Shown one piece after another: positions 63,983-64,000 of a DNA stretch of 64,000 bases. Source of the stretch: a virus. A program made the position numbers and the translations under genes. How positions within the stretch are numbered: position 1 is the stretch's first letter; every line of letters begins with the position of its first letter. The notes under the pieces were generated by a model. It was not told the origin of the DNA. It made no database searches and saw only the letters and a list, made by a program, of their open reading frames with translations. Location of the stretch: positions 13,966 to 77,965 of the IMG/VR virus record IMGVR_UViG_3300021225_000362; one strand, given 5' to 3'.

Positions 63983-64000
63983 ATTCGTTTGATTTAGAAT

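Overview
AT-rich, gene-dense segment of a large dsDNA (jumbo-type) phage genome read in standard code 11. The host is inferred to be Bacteroidota: recurrent TTTG-N~19-TAnnTTT(G/A) promoters, A-rich leaders without a Shine-Dalgarno site, and a NarL-type receiver domain. Layout: (i) 1-6.4 kb, minus-strand glycosyltransferase cluster plus a GIY-YIG endonuclease. (ii) 6.5-44.9 kb, mostly plus-strand accessory and metabolic genes: DNA methyltransferase, membrane-anchored receiver protein, 3-domain lysin, DnaA-domain-IV protein, heme oxygenase + PcyX-like bilin reductase, AAA+ ATPase, HNH + tRNA-Ser, vWA + divergent PurA-like + AEP-like, SPFH, NucA-like nuclease, kinase + RNA ligase, and several small paralog runs with repeated stop/start junctions. 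(iii) 44.95-50.95 kb, about 35 translationally coupled, mostly acidic 50-71-codon paralog-like ORFs chained by an ATGAACAATAA-type junction; about half are below the ORF-track cut-off. (iv) 51.0-52.0 kb, a convergence zone with two different non-coding repeat sets (6x GTCATAC; 7x GAATRTTCYTTGGCA at 46-48 bp period) flanking a small AP2-like DNA-binding gene. (v) 52-64 kb, minus-strand small genes, most in their own near-identical promoter cassette, with terminators and further copies of the TTGGCA motif. The best candidates for an undescribed system are the mini-gene array and the adjacent repeat/AP2-like/cassette region. All functional calls come from motif recognition by eye; no database search was run.
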